DNA from: a virus
Reading direction: 5' to 3' (one strand)
Length of the DNA: 64,000 nt
Virus record (IMG/VR): IMGVR_UViG_3300027746_000644
Location: 1 to 64,000 of that record
This document shows, one piece after another, positions 1 to 9,643 of the stretch; the first letter of the stretch is position 1, and the number at the start of each line of letters is the position of its first letter. The notes below the pieces were generated by a model. It had not been told where the DNA came from, did no database searches, and was given only the letters and a program-made list of their open reading frames with translations. A program made the position numbers and the translations under genes.

Positions 1-400
1 ACCTCCTATCAGCAACAGTGCTGTTTTTGAAGCAGGCACTAGTGTCAGTGCAGATTGGAGTATGGCTGATCACAAAGCCAAGGCAGACGCCTACGGTAAA
101 ATCTGTATGGCGGCTGGCGGAACTGCAAGTCAGCAAACTAAAATCTATCGCACAGACAGCGAAGCAACCAGCACCGAGTTCAGTGAAATGGCATTGCGTA
201 CATCATGTAAGAGTGTTGACCTGACTGGTGTTGAGGTTAAAGAAATCAAACATATTGCAGAAGGCCCACGTTTCCGTACTTACGTATTGGTAGCATTGCC
301 AACAGGCGATGCAAATATTCTACGTAAAGCTAAGGAAGCCGCCAAGCAACGTGAAATTGCCGCTGGTCGAGCAACTGAAGCATTTAAAGAATTACAATGA
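1..400 (+). CDS. 5'-truncated phage protein, probable LPP20-like lipoprotein
   Basis: The frame of ORF 62..400 is open back to the window edge (PPISNSAVFEAGTSVSADWSMADHKA...). The C-terminal half resembles phage LPP20-like lipoproteins; the start lies outside the window. Confidence 0.45.
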   Translation, partial: PPISNSAVFEAGTSVSADWSMADHKAKADAYGKICMAAGGTASQQTKIYRTDSEATSTEFSEMALRTSCKSVDLTGVEVKEIKHIAEGPRFRTYVLVALPTGDANILRKAKEAAKQREIAAGRATEAFKELQ

Positions 401-401
401 T

Positions 402-430
402 TAGACTTTGGTTATTAATGGTGTTATAAC
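402..430 (+). promoter_or_regulatory. sigma70-type promoter (extended -10)
   Basis: TAGACT (402-407), 17 bp spacer, TG-n-TATAAC (422-430), intergenic ahead of ORF 460. Confidence 0.5.
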
Positions 431-459
431 CCCTACAGTACAAACGAACGGAAAATAAC

Positions 460-708
460 ATGTTTAATTGGTTTAAGACGTCCGACTATAAAAATGTAGT
501 ACCAATGTTCCCGGATAAGGTTCCGTATATTGAAACTCCTGAGCAAGAATCAGAAACTTATTATAGTATTGGTGTAACCAGCGATAGTCGCATCAGTATT
601 AAAATAGGATATACTACACTAACAATGAATCGAAAAGGTATCCAAGATTTGATTCAACAGTTGCAAGTATTTAGAGATCAACTTCCGGAGGAAAACAATG
701 ATACTTGA
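460..708 (+). CDS. hypothetical protein
   Basis: 82-aa ORF downstream of the promoter, coupled to the next gene. Confidence 0.7.
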   Translation: MFNWFKTSDYKNVVPMFPDKVPYIETPEQESETYYSIGVTSDSRISIKIGYTTLTMNRKGIQDLIQQLQVFRDQLPEENNDT

Positions 709-838
709 AGTATTCTTATACGGATTTATTACTGCCTTTGGTTGGTGGAGTGCCAATCATTACGTAATAGATCCTTATTTTCCTCCACCGATTGAAAAAG
801 TAGAATCAAAAAATAAAGAAAAACAAAAGGAAAATTAA
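698..838 (+). CDS. small membrane protein (46 aa, absent from the ORF track)
   Basis: GGAGG RBS, then ATG at 698: [46 protein letters not shown]. Its TAA overlaps the clpP ATG (TAATG) and it fills the gap exactly. Confidence 0.7.
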   Translation: MILEVFLYGFITAFGWWSANHYVIDPYFPPPIEKVESKNKEKQKEN

Positions 839-1428
839 TGCCAAATTTAGTACCAATGGTTATTGAGCAAGAAGCTCGCGGTGAACGCAGTTACGACATT
901 TACAGTCGTCTTCTTAAAGATCGTATTGTTATGTTAGATACTGATGTAACCGAGCACTCTGCTAGTTTGCTAGTGGCTCAGCTACTGTTTTTGGAGAGTC
1001 AAGGCAACGAAGACATTACCATGTTCATTAATAGTCCTGGTGGTATGGTTACAGCAGGCATGGCTATTTACGATACTATGCAATTCATTAAGCCTGACAT
1101 TTCCACAGTTGTTATGGGTCAAGCCTGTAGTATGGGAAGTCTGCTGGCCACAGCTGGCGCGGCTGGTAAGCGTAAAATGCTACCTAGTGCAAGGCACATG
1201 ATTCACCAGCCCTCAGGTGGTGCAGGTGGTCAGGCCACGGACATGGAAATCCAAGTTGAAGAAATTCTCAAAATGAAGAAGAATTTGACGCAGGTCTACG
1301 TTAACCATAATTCAAAGGGCAAAACTTACGAACAGTTTAGACACGATATGGAGCGTGATAAATTTATGAGTGCGCAAGAGGCCCTAGAATACGGTTTGAT
1401 TGACGAAATCATAACAAAACGCCCATAA
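838..1428 (+). CDS. clpP: ATP-dependent Clp protease proteolytic subunit
   Basis: [19 protein letters not shown], catalytic Ser in QACSMGS, His in MIHQP, Asp in [17 protein letters not shown]. Confidence 0.97.
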   Translation: MPNLVPMVIEQEARGERSYDIYSRLLKDRIVMLDTDVTEHSASLLVAQLLFLESQGNEDITMFINSPGGMVTAGMAIYDTMQFIKPDISTVVMGQACSMGSLLATAGAAGKRKMLPSARHMIHQPSGGAGGQATDMEIQVEEILKMKKNLTQVYVNHNSKGKTYEQFRHDMERDKFMSAQEALEYGLIDEIITKRP

Positions 1429-1440
1429 AGTGCGTATATA

Positions 1441-1488
1441 ATGGTACACCCTGGTATAATATAAATATACTTACTAGGAGTGTACCAT
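1441..1488 (+). promoter_or_regulatory. late promoter TATAAATA inside an RBS/ATG-sequestering hairpin
   Basis: ATGGTACAC-CCTGGTA (1441-1456) pairs with TACTAGG-A-GTGTACCAT (1472-1488), covering AGGAG and the start codon. TATAAATA (1460-1467) lies in the loop. Confidence 0.7.
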
Positions 1489-2215
1489 GACCCGCAAAGC
1501 GTTTAATTGGTCTGCGTTGGATCGAAACACGTTGTATTCAACACTTTACGAACTCAAATCTGAAATTGTAGATAGACGCTTACCCATTGGTGAAATTACC
1601 CGACTAATGAGTAAGCATATTAAAGCTCACCTGCCACTCAAAGTAACCAGCAACAGACACAAGCCTGTTAAATCAGGCGAGATTTGGATCGGTGGCGCTT
1701 ATCACAGCTATTTTGATGTTGCTGGCCACAAGCGTTTTATTGAAATTGAACTGGCATTTCCTACCACTGCCAACACAATGAAAACTAGCCTATATCGCTG
1801 GGAACGTATTTGCCGACTGTTTGCTGACACAGTGCTACATGAAGTTATACATACACGGCAATATCGTGCTAGAAATTTCAAAGATATTCCTGGATATGAA
1901 AGCACCGCATACTATGCCAGAGATCGCCGTGAACAAGAGTACTATGGGCATCGTGATGAAATGGGCGCACACAGTTTCAACCTTGCACAAGACATGATTG
2001 ACAAATTTGGTTTTGATACTCGAGCTATTAAAACATATTTAGACAGCCCTGTACCAAAAAGAGTACGCCCAAATAGTTGGGGACGTTTTATGAAAGCATT
2101 TGAGTACGATCATGCTCATCCAAAAGTTAACCAAATGAAACATAAGATTATGACTCAATTGGAAAACGCCTACCTTGGCAAACCATTTAAGACCACAAAC
2201 CACTTGACATACTGA
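1487..2215 (+). CDS. putative zincin-type metallopeptidase
   Basis: HExxH motif (VLHEVIHTRQ) and a downstream candidate third ligand in YYGHRDEMGAH. Confidence 0.55.
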   Translation: MTRKAFNWSALDRNTLYSTLYELKSEIVDRRLPIGEITRLMSKHIKAHLPLKVTSNRHKPVKSGEIWIGGAYHSYFDVAGHKRFIEIELAFPTTANTMKTSLYRWERICRLFADTVLHEVIHTRQYRARNFKDIPGYESTAYYARDRREQEYYGHRDEMGAHSFNLAQDMIDKFGFDTRAIKTYLDSPVPKRVRPNSWGRFMKAFEYDHAHPKVNQMKHKIMTQLENAYLGKPFKTTNHLTY

Positions 2216-2232
2216 TAATTACACTGTATAAT
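2204..2232 (+). promoter_or_regulatory. consensus sigma70 early promoter
   Basis: TTGACA (2204-2209), 17 bp, TATAAT (2227-2232), upstream of the ligase. Confidence 0.85.
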
Positions 2233-2264
2233 ATAAACTTATACAGTTAATCATCGGAGTCAAA

Positions 2265-3590
2265 ATGAGCGTTTGTGCCAGTCATATTTGGAATTTAGAA
2301 ACCCATAATTCACGTTTAGATAAAGAAGGCATTATCGAAGTCATTGCACAAGAAAAGTGTGATGAGTTTTTCGAAGGTTGCCGCCTTGCTCTTGATCCCA
2401 TGATTACTTTTGGACTCAAACAAATACCGGAGAAAAAAGATGAAGATGGCGCTGGGCTACCTTGGGATAGTTTTACTCTCGCTCTTACTGGTTTTGTTAC
2501 TCGCAACGTCACCGGCAATACAGCACGTGACATGATTCAAGCCATGATGAAGTCAGCTACCAAAAAAGAATGGAATGGCTGGTATCGTCGTATTTTGATC
2601 AAAGACTTGCGCTGTGGGGTGAGCGAAAAAACAATTAACAAAGTAGTGGAGAAAAAATATGCTGATTATGCTATTCCTGTTTTTGGTTGTCAGCTTGCTC
2701 ACGATAGTGCTAACCATGAAAGCAAGGTCGCAGGGAAGAAACTTATCGAAGTTAAACTTGATGGGGTTCGTGTTATCACTATTGTACGCAGTGACGGTCG
2801 CGTGGATATGTTTAGTCGCAATGGTAAAGAGCTTGCAAACTTTCCTCACATTGTAGAACAGCTCAGTAATGTGGTCAAGACACATGGCACTGATAAAAAT
2901 ATAGATGTGGTGCTGGATGGCGAAATTATGTCCAGCAGTTTTCAAGATTTAATGAAACAGGTACACCGTAAAGACAATGTGGAAGCAGGAGATGCTGTTC
3001 TTAATTTGTTTGATGTAATACCATTAGCAGATTTTGAAACGGGCTTTTGGGACAAAGATCAATCTGCTCGCAGTGATATGATATACCACTGGCATAAAAC
3101 ATATAAAGATATGTTGCCCAATGTCACAGTTGTTGGACATGAACTGGTTGATTTGGACACATCAGACGGACAGGTACGTTATAAAGAAATTAACGCACAA
3201 GCAGTGGCTGGTGGGTACGAAGGTATTATGATTAAAGATCCCACAGCACCTTACGAATGCAAACGCAGTGTGGCATGGCTGAAGTTGAAGCCTTTTATTG
3301 AAGTAAGTTTGGAGGTAACAGATGTCGAAGAAGGAACAGGAAGAAACAATGGCAGGCTTGGAGCGATTGTATGCCAAGGAGCCGACGATGGAAAAACTAT
3401 TCAAGTCAACGTTGGCAGTGGTTTTAGCGATAGTGATCGCGATAGTTATTGGACTGCACGTGATTCCATACTTGGTCAGATCGTGGAAGTGCGAGCAGAT
3501 GCCGTTACCCAAAACCAAGACGGCACATACAGTTTGCGGTTTCCAAGGTTCTTACGGTTCAGGGGCTTTGAAATAGGAGAAAAACTATGA
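2265..3590 (+). CDS. lig: ATP-dependent DNA ligase
   Basis: Motif I EVKLDGVR, VLDGEI, FD, EGIMIK, WLKLKP and a C-terminal OB fold with SLRFPRF. Confidence 0.95.
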   Translation: MSVCASHIWNLETHNSRLDKEGIIEVIAQEKCDEFFEGCRLALDPMITFGLKQIPEKKDEDGAGLPWDSFTLALTGFVTRNVTGNTARDMIQAMMKSATKKEWNGWYRRILIKDLRCGVSEKTINKVVEKKYADYAIPVFGCQLAHDSANHESKVAGKKLIEVKLDGVRVITIVRSDGRVDMFSRNGKELANFPHIVEQLSNVVKTHGTDKNIDVVLDGEIMSSSFQDLMKQVHRKDNVEAGDAVLNLFDVIPLADFETGFWDKDQSARSDMIYHWHKTYKDMLPNVTVVGHELVDLDTSDGQVRYKEINAQAVAGGYEGIMIKDPTAPYECKRSVAWLKLKPFIEVSLEVTDVEEGTGRNNGRLGAIVCQGADDGKTIQVNVGSGFSDSDRDSYWTARDSILGQIVEVRADAVTQNQDGTYSLRFPRFLRFRGFEIGEKL

Positions 3591-3787
3591 CAGACGTTAG
3601 TAGAGTCACTGCACAAAATGCAGAGGCGTATCGACAGACTGAGGTTAAAAAGTTGGATAGGCGGCACGAAGAACTTCGTTTAGAAGAACGACGTGTACAA
3701 GCAAATATCAAAGCCAACGAACAAGCAAGAGTTGAAATGAATCGCCGGATGAATCGCCCGGGACAACATGTGGATAGGATGGCATAA
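3587..3787 (+). CDS. hypothetical coiled-coil protein
   Basis: AGGAG RBS, ATGA overlap with the ligase stop, TAATG coupling to the next gene. Confidence 0.7.
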   Translation: MTDVSRVTAQNAEAYRQTEVKKLDRRHEELRLEERRVQANIKANEQARVEMNRRMNRPGQHVDRMA

Positions 3788-4149
3788 TGACAAACCCGTT
3801 TAGAGATCAAGAAAAGTTTATGAAGGCTTGCGACCAAACAGTTGACAAGTTTAACGAACTGCAATACAACATGTATATCAAGTTGATCGATGAAGAACAT
3901 CAAGAATTGTTGGAAGCCACACTGTCAGATGATCGGGTAGAACAATTGGATGCATTAATTGATATTTTGGTTGTTACTATTGGAGCAATCCACAGTGCAG
4001 GATTTGATGCAGAGGGTGCATGGAAAGAAGTTATGCGAACTAACTTTGCCAAAGTTGATCACGACACTGGCAAGGTGCGTAAGCGTGAGGATGGTAAAGT
4101 GTTGAAACCCGTGGGTTGGAAGTCGCCTGAGTTGGCGCAATTTATTTAA
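3787..4149 (+). CDS. MazG-like / PRA-PH NTP pyrophosphohydrolase
   Basis: EExxE...DALID acidic motif, EVMRTNFAK and REDGKVLKP, typical of phage all-alpha NTP-PPases. Confidence 0.85.
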   Translation: MTNPFRDQEKFMKACDQTVDKFNELQYNMYIKLIDEEHQELLEATLSDDRVEQLDALIDILVVTIGAIHSAGFDAEGAWKEVMRTNFAKVDHDTGKVRKREDGKVLKPVGWKSPELAQFI

Positions 4150-4160
4150 AGGAGAATAAT

Positions 4161-4856
4161 ATGTTTGGTGCAAATTATACAGATGGCGGTATTATAAATT
4201 ATCGTTCAGCAGAAGAAATCAATAGTGCAATGGGCCGTGTTTATGGACACATGAGTCTTGCTGTGATTGTGTCCATGGTGATCAGTTACTTTGTGGGCAC
4301 AAGCCCAGAGTTGCTGGCGTTCTTTTTTACAGGTGTACTAAAGTGGATTGTGATCTTTGCTCCACTTGCGGCAATCTTTGGTATCAGTTATGTGTTAGGC
4401 AACAACCCCAGTAAAGGTGTAGCACAGTTATGCTTACACGGATTTGCGGCACTCATGGGATTGAGCTTTGCCATGATCTTTGCTGTGTTTACCATGGGGT
4501 CGATTGTGTCGGCCTTTATGGGTGCGGCTATTTTATTCGGTGTTATGAGTGGCTATGGCTATTTTACAAAACGGAGTCTAGATAGTCTTGGTAAGTTTAT
4601 GTTTGTTGGTTTGATTGCAATTGTTATTGCCAGCATCGTCAATATCTTTATTGGTAGCACTGTGATGCAGATGGTGATTTCTGCACTAGCCATTATTATC
4701 TTCTTAGGACTTACTGCTTATGATACACAACAAATTCGAGAAGAGCTAAGTGTAGAGACTAGTGACAGCGCAGAAATTCGTGGAGCACTGACTCTGTACA
4801 TGGACTTTATTAACTTGTTTATCAACTTGTTACAGTTGTTTGGAGATAGAAAATGA
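4161..4856 (+). CDS. Bax inhibitor-1 / YccA family membrane protein
   Basis: About 7 hydrophobic helices, AYDTQ and the C-terminal ALTLYMDFINLF signature. Confidence 0.92.
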   Translation: MFGANYTDGGIINYRSAEEINSAMGRVYGHMSLAVIVSMVISYFVGTSPELLAFFFTGVLKWIVIFAPLAAIFGISYVLGNNPSKGVAQLCLHGFAALMGLSFAMIFAVFTMGSIVSAFMGAAILFGVMSGYGYFTKRSLDSLGKFMFVGLIAIVIASIVNIFIGSTVMQMVISALAIIIFLGLTAYDTQQIREELSVETSDSAEIRGALTLYMDFINLFINLLQLFGDRK

Positions 4857-5290
4857 TTCGTGAATACATCAATATTGTAGAAGGTCTGCATATCACTGAC
4901 GACTGGTTTAAGGACGGTGGATTCAAAGCCTACAAGCGTCCTGCCAAAGAACGTTATGAGATTGCAGATGAACCTGGTACTATTGACACACTGGAAGGTC
5001 CAGTCAAGTATCCAAAAGGATTCTATATCATGACTGGGCCCAAAGGAGAACAATATCCTATCAGTCCAGAACGTTTTGATGACCTTAAAGACGATTTGGG
5101 CGACGGTGTTTGCACACCAAAGAAGATAGTCAAATGGGCCAAATTGGCAGATCGCTCCGGATCAGTTGACACATCGTGGGGCGAGAAGTTACACTACAAC
5201 ACAGACGAAGATGTTATTGTTCGTCACGGTGAGAACGACTACGGTGTAGTCAAACGAGATATATTTGCACAAACATACGAGAAAGTATAA
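4853..5290 (+). CDS. PGDYG-like protein with two internal repeats
   Basis: TLEGPVKYPKGFYIMTGPKGEQYPISPERF repeated as TSWGEKLHYNTDEDVIVRHGENDYGVVKRDIFAQTYE. Confidence 0.55.
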   Translation: MIREYINIVEGLHITDDWFKDGGFKAYKRPAKERYEIADEPGTIDTLEGPVKYPKGFYIMTGPKGEQYPISPERFDDLKDDLGDGVCTPKKIVKWAKLADRSGSVDTSWGEKLHYNTDEDVIVRHGENDYGVVKRDIFAQTYEKV

Positions 5291-6132
5291 TGGCACAACA
5301 CACACATTACTGGAGTTGTACTCCGTTTGCAGACTGGCTTCGCGGCACTAAAAAACTCAGTGCAGGCACCGCTGAAGAATGGGACGACTGGACAACAGCC
5401 GCACAAATGAAACACAACTTTCGTTACTGGTTAGCCGAAGAAGGCCTAGGCTATATCCAGGATTTTGTCACATGGCCAATTAGAAAGATCTACGATGTTA
5501 AGTATTACATCAATAATCGCTGGGTTAGTCGTACTCACAGTCTCACCGCCCATGCTCGTGATATTAAGCCTGGTGCTTGGTGCGATGTTGGCAATCGGTT
5601 CCTGCCATGCCTATTTAATGAGTTGGTTGATTTCGTCGAAGTCGAATCCGCTTGGTCGCACATCGCCTGGGGAGATAAAGAAGCTCGTGCAAAGTATGAT
5701 CCTCCCTTTTGGGCTAGTGGTTGGTTCCGTTGGCGTACTTGGCGTTGTCCTCAGGCAGGCATCGATCATCTTGTCTGGGCAATGACTCTAACCAACACTG
5801 ACTGGTGTGAACCAGACGATCCAGAGTACGGCAAACCTACTGGCCAAGCAGAACGTGCAAAAGAAATCAAAGAGTTATACACATGGTGGACTGTGACCTA
5901 TCGCAATCGACCTGATCCATATGAAGCCAGCGGCTGGACCGAGTACTGTGAAGCTAGCCGGCTAGCAAACGGTGGCAAACTCAGTTGGTTGGGCAGTGAC
6001 AAGACTCCCGAGCTTAAAGCTATGAGCGATGCCTCACACAAAAAGTTACAAGAAATTGAATCAGCTTACGAAGCAGAAGACGAAGCCATGATGATTCGAC
6101 TGATCAAAGCCCGTGATAGTTTGTGGACATAA
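5290..6132 (+). CDS. hypothetical Trp-rich phage protein
   Basis: 280-aa ORF, TAATG-coupled on both sides. Confidence 0.8.
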   Translation: MAQHTHYWSCTPFADWLRGTKKLSAGTAEEWDDWTTAAQMKHNFRYWLAEEGLGYIQDFVTWPIRKIYDVKYYINNRWVSRTHSLTAHARDIKPGAWCDVGNRFLPCLFNELVDFVEVESAWSHIAWGDKEARAKYDPPFWASGWFRWRTWRCPQAGIDHLVWAMTLTNTDWCEPDDPEYGKPTGQAERAKEIKELYTWWTVTYRNRPDPYEASGWTEYCEASRLANGGKLSWLGSDKTPELKAMSDASHKKLQEIESAYEAEDEAMMIRLIKARDSLWT

Positions 6133-7556
6133 TGCAATATAACAGGAATGTTAAAGGTAACGGTCTTAGGAAAATAAACGGCAGATACGAATCTAGGTAC
6201 TTACACGACTCTGAGTTTGTGTTTAATAAACTTAATGAAGTAAGTCCTAGTTTTTGTCTTGCTAAATGGTTCAATGTTAGCATACATTTACCTACTGGAA
6301 AAACACACAGTTGCTATCATCCAGATGCTCATGCAATTCCATTAGAAGAAATTAAAATTGATGTTAGTGCATTACATAACACTAATTATAAAAAAGAGCA
6401 ACGTAAATTAATGCTTGATGGCACACGCCCTAGCGAGTGCAAATTTTGTTGGCAAATTGAAGACAGCGGTGACAACCTAAGTGATCGAGCATATCGTAGT
6501 AAAGATGTCTACGAAGAAGGACTTATAGAAGAAGCGCAGACATTATCATTTACTGGCAATGCTAAACCTCGATATGTTGAAGTTAATTTTAACCAAGCCT
6601 GTAATTTTAAATGTAGCTATTGCAGTCCGCATTTGAGCACAGCATGGATGGATGAAATACAAAAGCACGGCGCATTTATATTGGAAGATCGATGGCATAA
6701 CGACATGGCATGGATGAAGGCCAATATGCCCGACAATAGCCCAACCAATCCGTATGTTGTTGCATTTTGGGAATGGTTGCCACAAATTTATCCTACACTG
6801 CAAACCTTCCGTATGACCGGTGGTGAGCCATTGATGGACAAAAATACCTTCCGTATGTTTGATTATGTCAAAGAACATCCTAAGGAAGATTTGCATTTAA
6901 GCATTACCAGTAACTGTTGTCCACCAGGAGATCAATGGAACAAGTTTATGGTTAGTTTGAAAGAAATAACAGATAAAAATGCTGTAGATCATTTTATGTT
7001 ATTTTGTAGTTTAGACTCGTGGGGTGCTCAAGCAGAGTATATACGCAACGGTATGGATTTTGATTTGTTATATAGTAATGTTACGGATTATTTAGAAAAT
7101 AGCAGTAAGCACAGCATAACCTTTATTGTTACTTTTAATGCATTAAGTTATACTGGCTGGAATACATACATTAAAAACATTCTAGAATTGAGAAAACGAT
7201 TTAACACCACCCGACAGTTAGTATGGTTTGATGTTCCTCCACTGCATGATCCAGACTATCTTAATCCCAAATTAATTCCAGAACTAGTAGTTGAATTAGA
7301 AAAAAGTTTAGAATTTATGAAAGCCAATCCAGAAACTAGACATAATGAGTTTAAAGGATTTAGCGATTTTGAAGTTAGTAAAATACAACGCTTGATCGAT
7401 TGGATCAGATCTGAAACTGGGTTTAATCGAGCATTGGCCATGAAGAATTTTTATTTGTTTTTTAGCCAACATGATGTTCGACGTGGCACTGATTTTGTAA
7501 ATACGTTTCCTGAACTAGAAAATTTTTGGAAGGAATGTAAGAATAGTGCCATGTAA
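6132..7556 (+). CDS. radical SAM protein with N-terminal Cys-rich (twitch/SPASM-like) domain
   Basis: CNFKCSYC, TGGEP, N-terminal FCLAKW...SCYHP...CKFCW. The ATG at 6132 overlaps the upstream stop. Confidence 0.9.
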   Translation: MQYNRNVKGNGLRKINGRYESRYLHDSEFVFNKLNEVSPSFCLAKWFNVSIHLPTGKTHSCYHPDAHAIPLEEIKIDVSALHNTNYKKEQRKLMLDGTRPSECKFCWQIEDSGDNLSDRAYRSKDVYEEGLIEEAQTLSFTGNAKPRYVEVNFNQACNFKCSYCSPHLSTAWMDEIQKHGAFILEDRWHNDMAWMKANMPDNSPTNPYVVAFWEWLPQIYPTLQTFRMTGGEPLMDKNTFRMFDYVKEHPKEDLHLSITSNCCPPGDQWNKFMVSLKEITDKNAVDHFMLFCSLDSWGAQAEYIRNGMDFDLLYSNVTDYLENSSKHSITFIVTFNALSYTGWNTYIKNILELRKRFNTTRQLVWFDVPPLHDPDYLNPKLIPELVVELEKSLEFMKANPETRHNEFKGFSDFEVSKIQRLIDWIRSETGFNRALAMKNFYLFFSQHDVRRGTDFVNTFPELENFWKECKNSAM

Positions 7557-8259
7557 ACTTTATATTTTTGGAGATAGTTTTTCAGTAAATTACGGACAGC
7601 CGTCTTTGATTCAGAGGTTTTTTGAAAAAACTACAATCTATGAACAACAACCGTCTTGGATACAGCAACTTTCTCAAAAATACAAAGTAAGGAATTTTTC
7701 TGAAGGCGGGTACAGTAACTCTCATATTTTTTTAAAATTTGTTGAAAATATAGATAGCATAACCAGCAACGATTTTGTTATTATTGGTTGGTCTGATGTA
7801 ACACGACCTTACGCAGATATAAAAATGACTCAGAAATTAAGAGAATTGTATATGGAATATTTTTACAGTCACAGGTTGCATAGAGAACACAGTAAAATGT
7901 ACATGAGCACGGTCAAAGAAATTCTTATCAAACGCAACATACCTCATTTGATTTTTTGGTCATTTCCTAGCTATTATGATAACGGTCCTTCGTGGACTTG
8001 TCGTGATCTAAATAACTTTGTTTACTGTGATGAGTTTGCAAATGAAATACGTCCTGCATTGATATATTTTTCAAGAATTGAATTAGATAGTAATCTCACT
8101 GTCCAGGAATATATTGAGTATATGGGTAACGATTCACGTCTTAATCATGTAGGCAACGCAACAGTTCATAACGAGTTATTCAAAATAGTAGTAGATGTGA
8201 TAGACGGAAAGTTATCCGGAATGATAGATTTAAAACAAAGGTTAGATAATGTCAAATAG
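7546..8259 (+). CDS. SGNH/GDSL-like hydrolase or acyltransferase
   Basis: Block I IFGDSF, GGYSN, IIGWS and a C-terminal His (RLNHVG). Confidence 0.55.
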   Translation: MPCKLYIFGDSFSVNYGQPSLIQRFFEKTTIYEQQPSWIQQLSQKYKVRNFSEGGYSNSHIFLKFVENIDSITSNDFVIIGWSDVTRPYADIKMTQKLRELYMEYFYSHRLHREHSKMYMSTVKEILIKRNIPHLIFWSFPSYYDNGPSWTCRDLNNFVYCDEFANEIRPALIYFSRIELDSNLTVQEYIEYMGNDSRLNHVGNATVHNELFKIVVDVIDGKLSGMIDLKQRLDNVK

Positions 8260-9643
8260 TTATATGGATCGGGTCAAGTCCACACGAGATACGTTAAATG
8301 AAGTAGGACCGGGCTTCTGTCTAATGAAGTGGCGCAATGAAACCTTATACTTACACATGGGCGATAATCATAGTTGTTATCATCCACGACCACAGAAAAT
8401 TCCTCTAGCAGAAATTAAAATTGACGTTAGTGCATTACACAACACTAAGTGGAAAAAAGAACAACGTAAAACCATGTTAGAAGGTGGAAGACCTGAAGAA
8501 TGCTATTACTGTTGGAACATTGAGGACTTACAAGGTGAAAATTTTAGCGATAGAATGTTTCATAGTGCTAGCGGTTGGTTAGATGCTAAGAAAGAAACTG
8601 AATACATAAAATCTATTCCATGGGATACTAATGTCAATCCTATGTTCTTAGAAGTTAGTTTTGGCAATGGTTGCAATTTTAAATGCGGATATTGCTGTCC
8701 CCAAGCTAGTAGCTTATGGGTTGACGAAATTAAAAAACACGGTAACTACGATATAAGTTATAACCAATATGGCATCGAGTTTCTAGATCAAATGAAAGTG
8801 TATTCAGACGAAGAACCTAATCCGTACATTGATGCATTTTGGGAATGGTGGCCAAGCCTCAAACAAGATTTAAAAGTATTCCGGATAACGGGCGGGGAAC
8901 CATTAATTAATTCAAACACCTGGAAGCTATTAGATAAACTACGTATAGAACCAGTACCTGATCTAGAATTAAATCTTAATAGCAACATGGGTGTTAGCAA
9001 TGAGAAAGTTAAAAGGTTAAGCGAAACTGTTGATAAGTTATTAACAGAAAAACAAATTAAATCTTTTATGTTGTACACATCAATAGATGGCTGGGGCAGG
9101 CAAGCAGAGTACATGCGTCGAGGTTTAGATGTTGATCTTTGGGTAAAGAACTTAGAAACATTTTTAAACACTAATCCTGATTTCAAAGTTTCTTTTATGA
9201 TCACTTATAATATTTTAACTGTTGCTTCTTTTAGACCGTTATTAGAAAAAATATTAGAATTGCGTAAAAAATTTAACATTAACAACAATCGGATTAATTT
9301 TGATACACCATATCTTAAAGAACCTCCACACTGGATGATGAATTTGTTACCTGCAGAATTTGGCGCATACATTGATAAAGATTTAGACTTTATTAGAGAA
9401 AATATTACAAATAATTTTAATGGATTTGACGATCACGAGTATGAGAAATTAAAAAGAGTTAGAGATTATTTTTACGAAGGTGGTTCACGTATTACTCCAG
9501 AATTAGTTACTCAAGGTAGAATTGATTTTTATAAATTCTTTTCTGAATACGATTCTCGTAGCAATTTAAATCTAACAGAAACATTTCCGCTGTATGCAGA
9601 TTTTTATAATTTATGCAAGGACACGTATGAATCTAATCGATAA
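8249..9643 (+). CDS. radical SAM protein, paralog of 6132..7556
   Basis: CNFKCGYC, TGGEP, FCLMKW...SCYHP...CYYCW; shares EIKIDVSALHNT with the first paralog. Confidence 0.9.
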   Translation: MSNSYMDRVKSTRDTLNEVGPGFCLMKWRNETLYLHMGDNHSCYHPRPQKIPLAEIKIDVSALHNTKWKKEQRKTMLEGGRPEECYYCWNIEDLQGENFSDRMFHSASGWLDAKKETEYIKSIPWDTNVNPMFLEVSFGNGCNFKCGYCCPQASSLWVDEIKKHGNYDISYNQYGIEFLDQMKVYSDEEPNPYIDAFWEWWPSLKQDLKVFRITGGEPLINSNTWKLLDKLRIEPVPDLELNLNSNMGVSNEKVKRLSETVDKLLTEKQIKSFMLYTSIDGWGRQAEYMRRGLDVDLWVKNLETFLNTNPDFKVSFMITYNILTVASFRPLLEKILELRKKFNINNNRINFDTPYLKEPPHWMMNLLPAEFGAYIDKDLDFIRENITNNFNGFDDHEYEKLKRVRDYFYEGGSRITPELVTQGRIDFYKFFSEYDSRSNLNLTETFPLYADFYNLCKDTYESNR

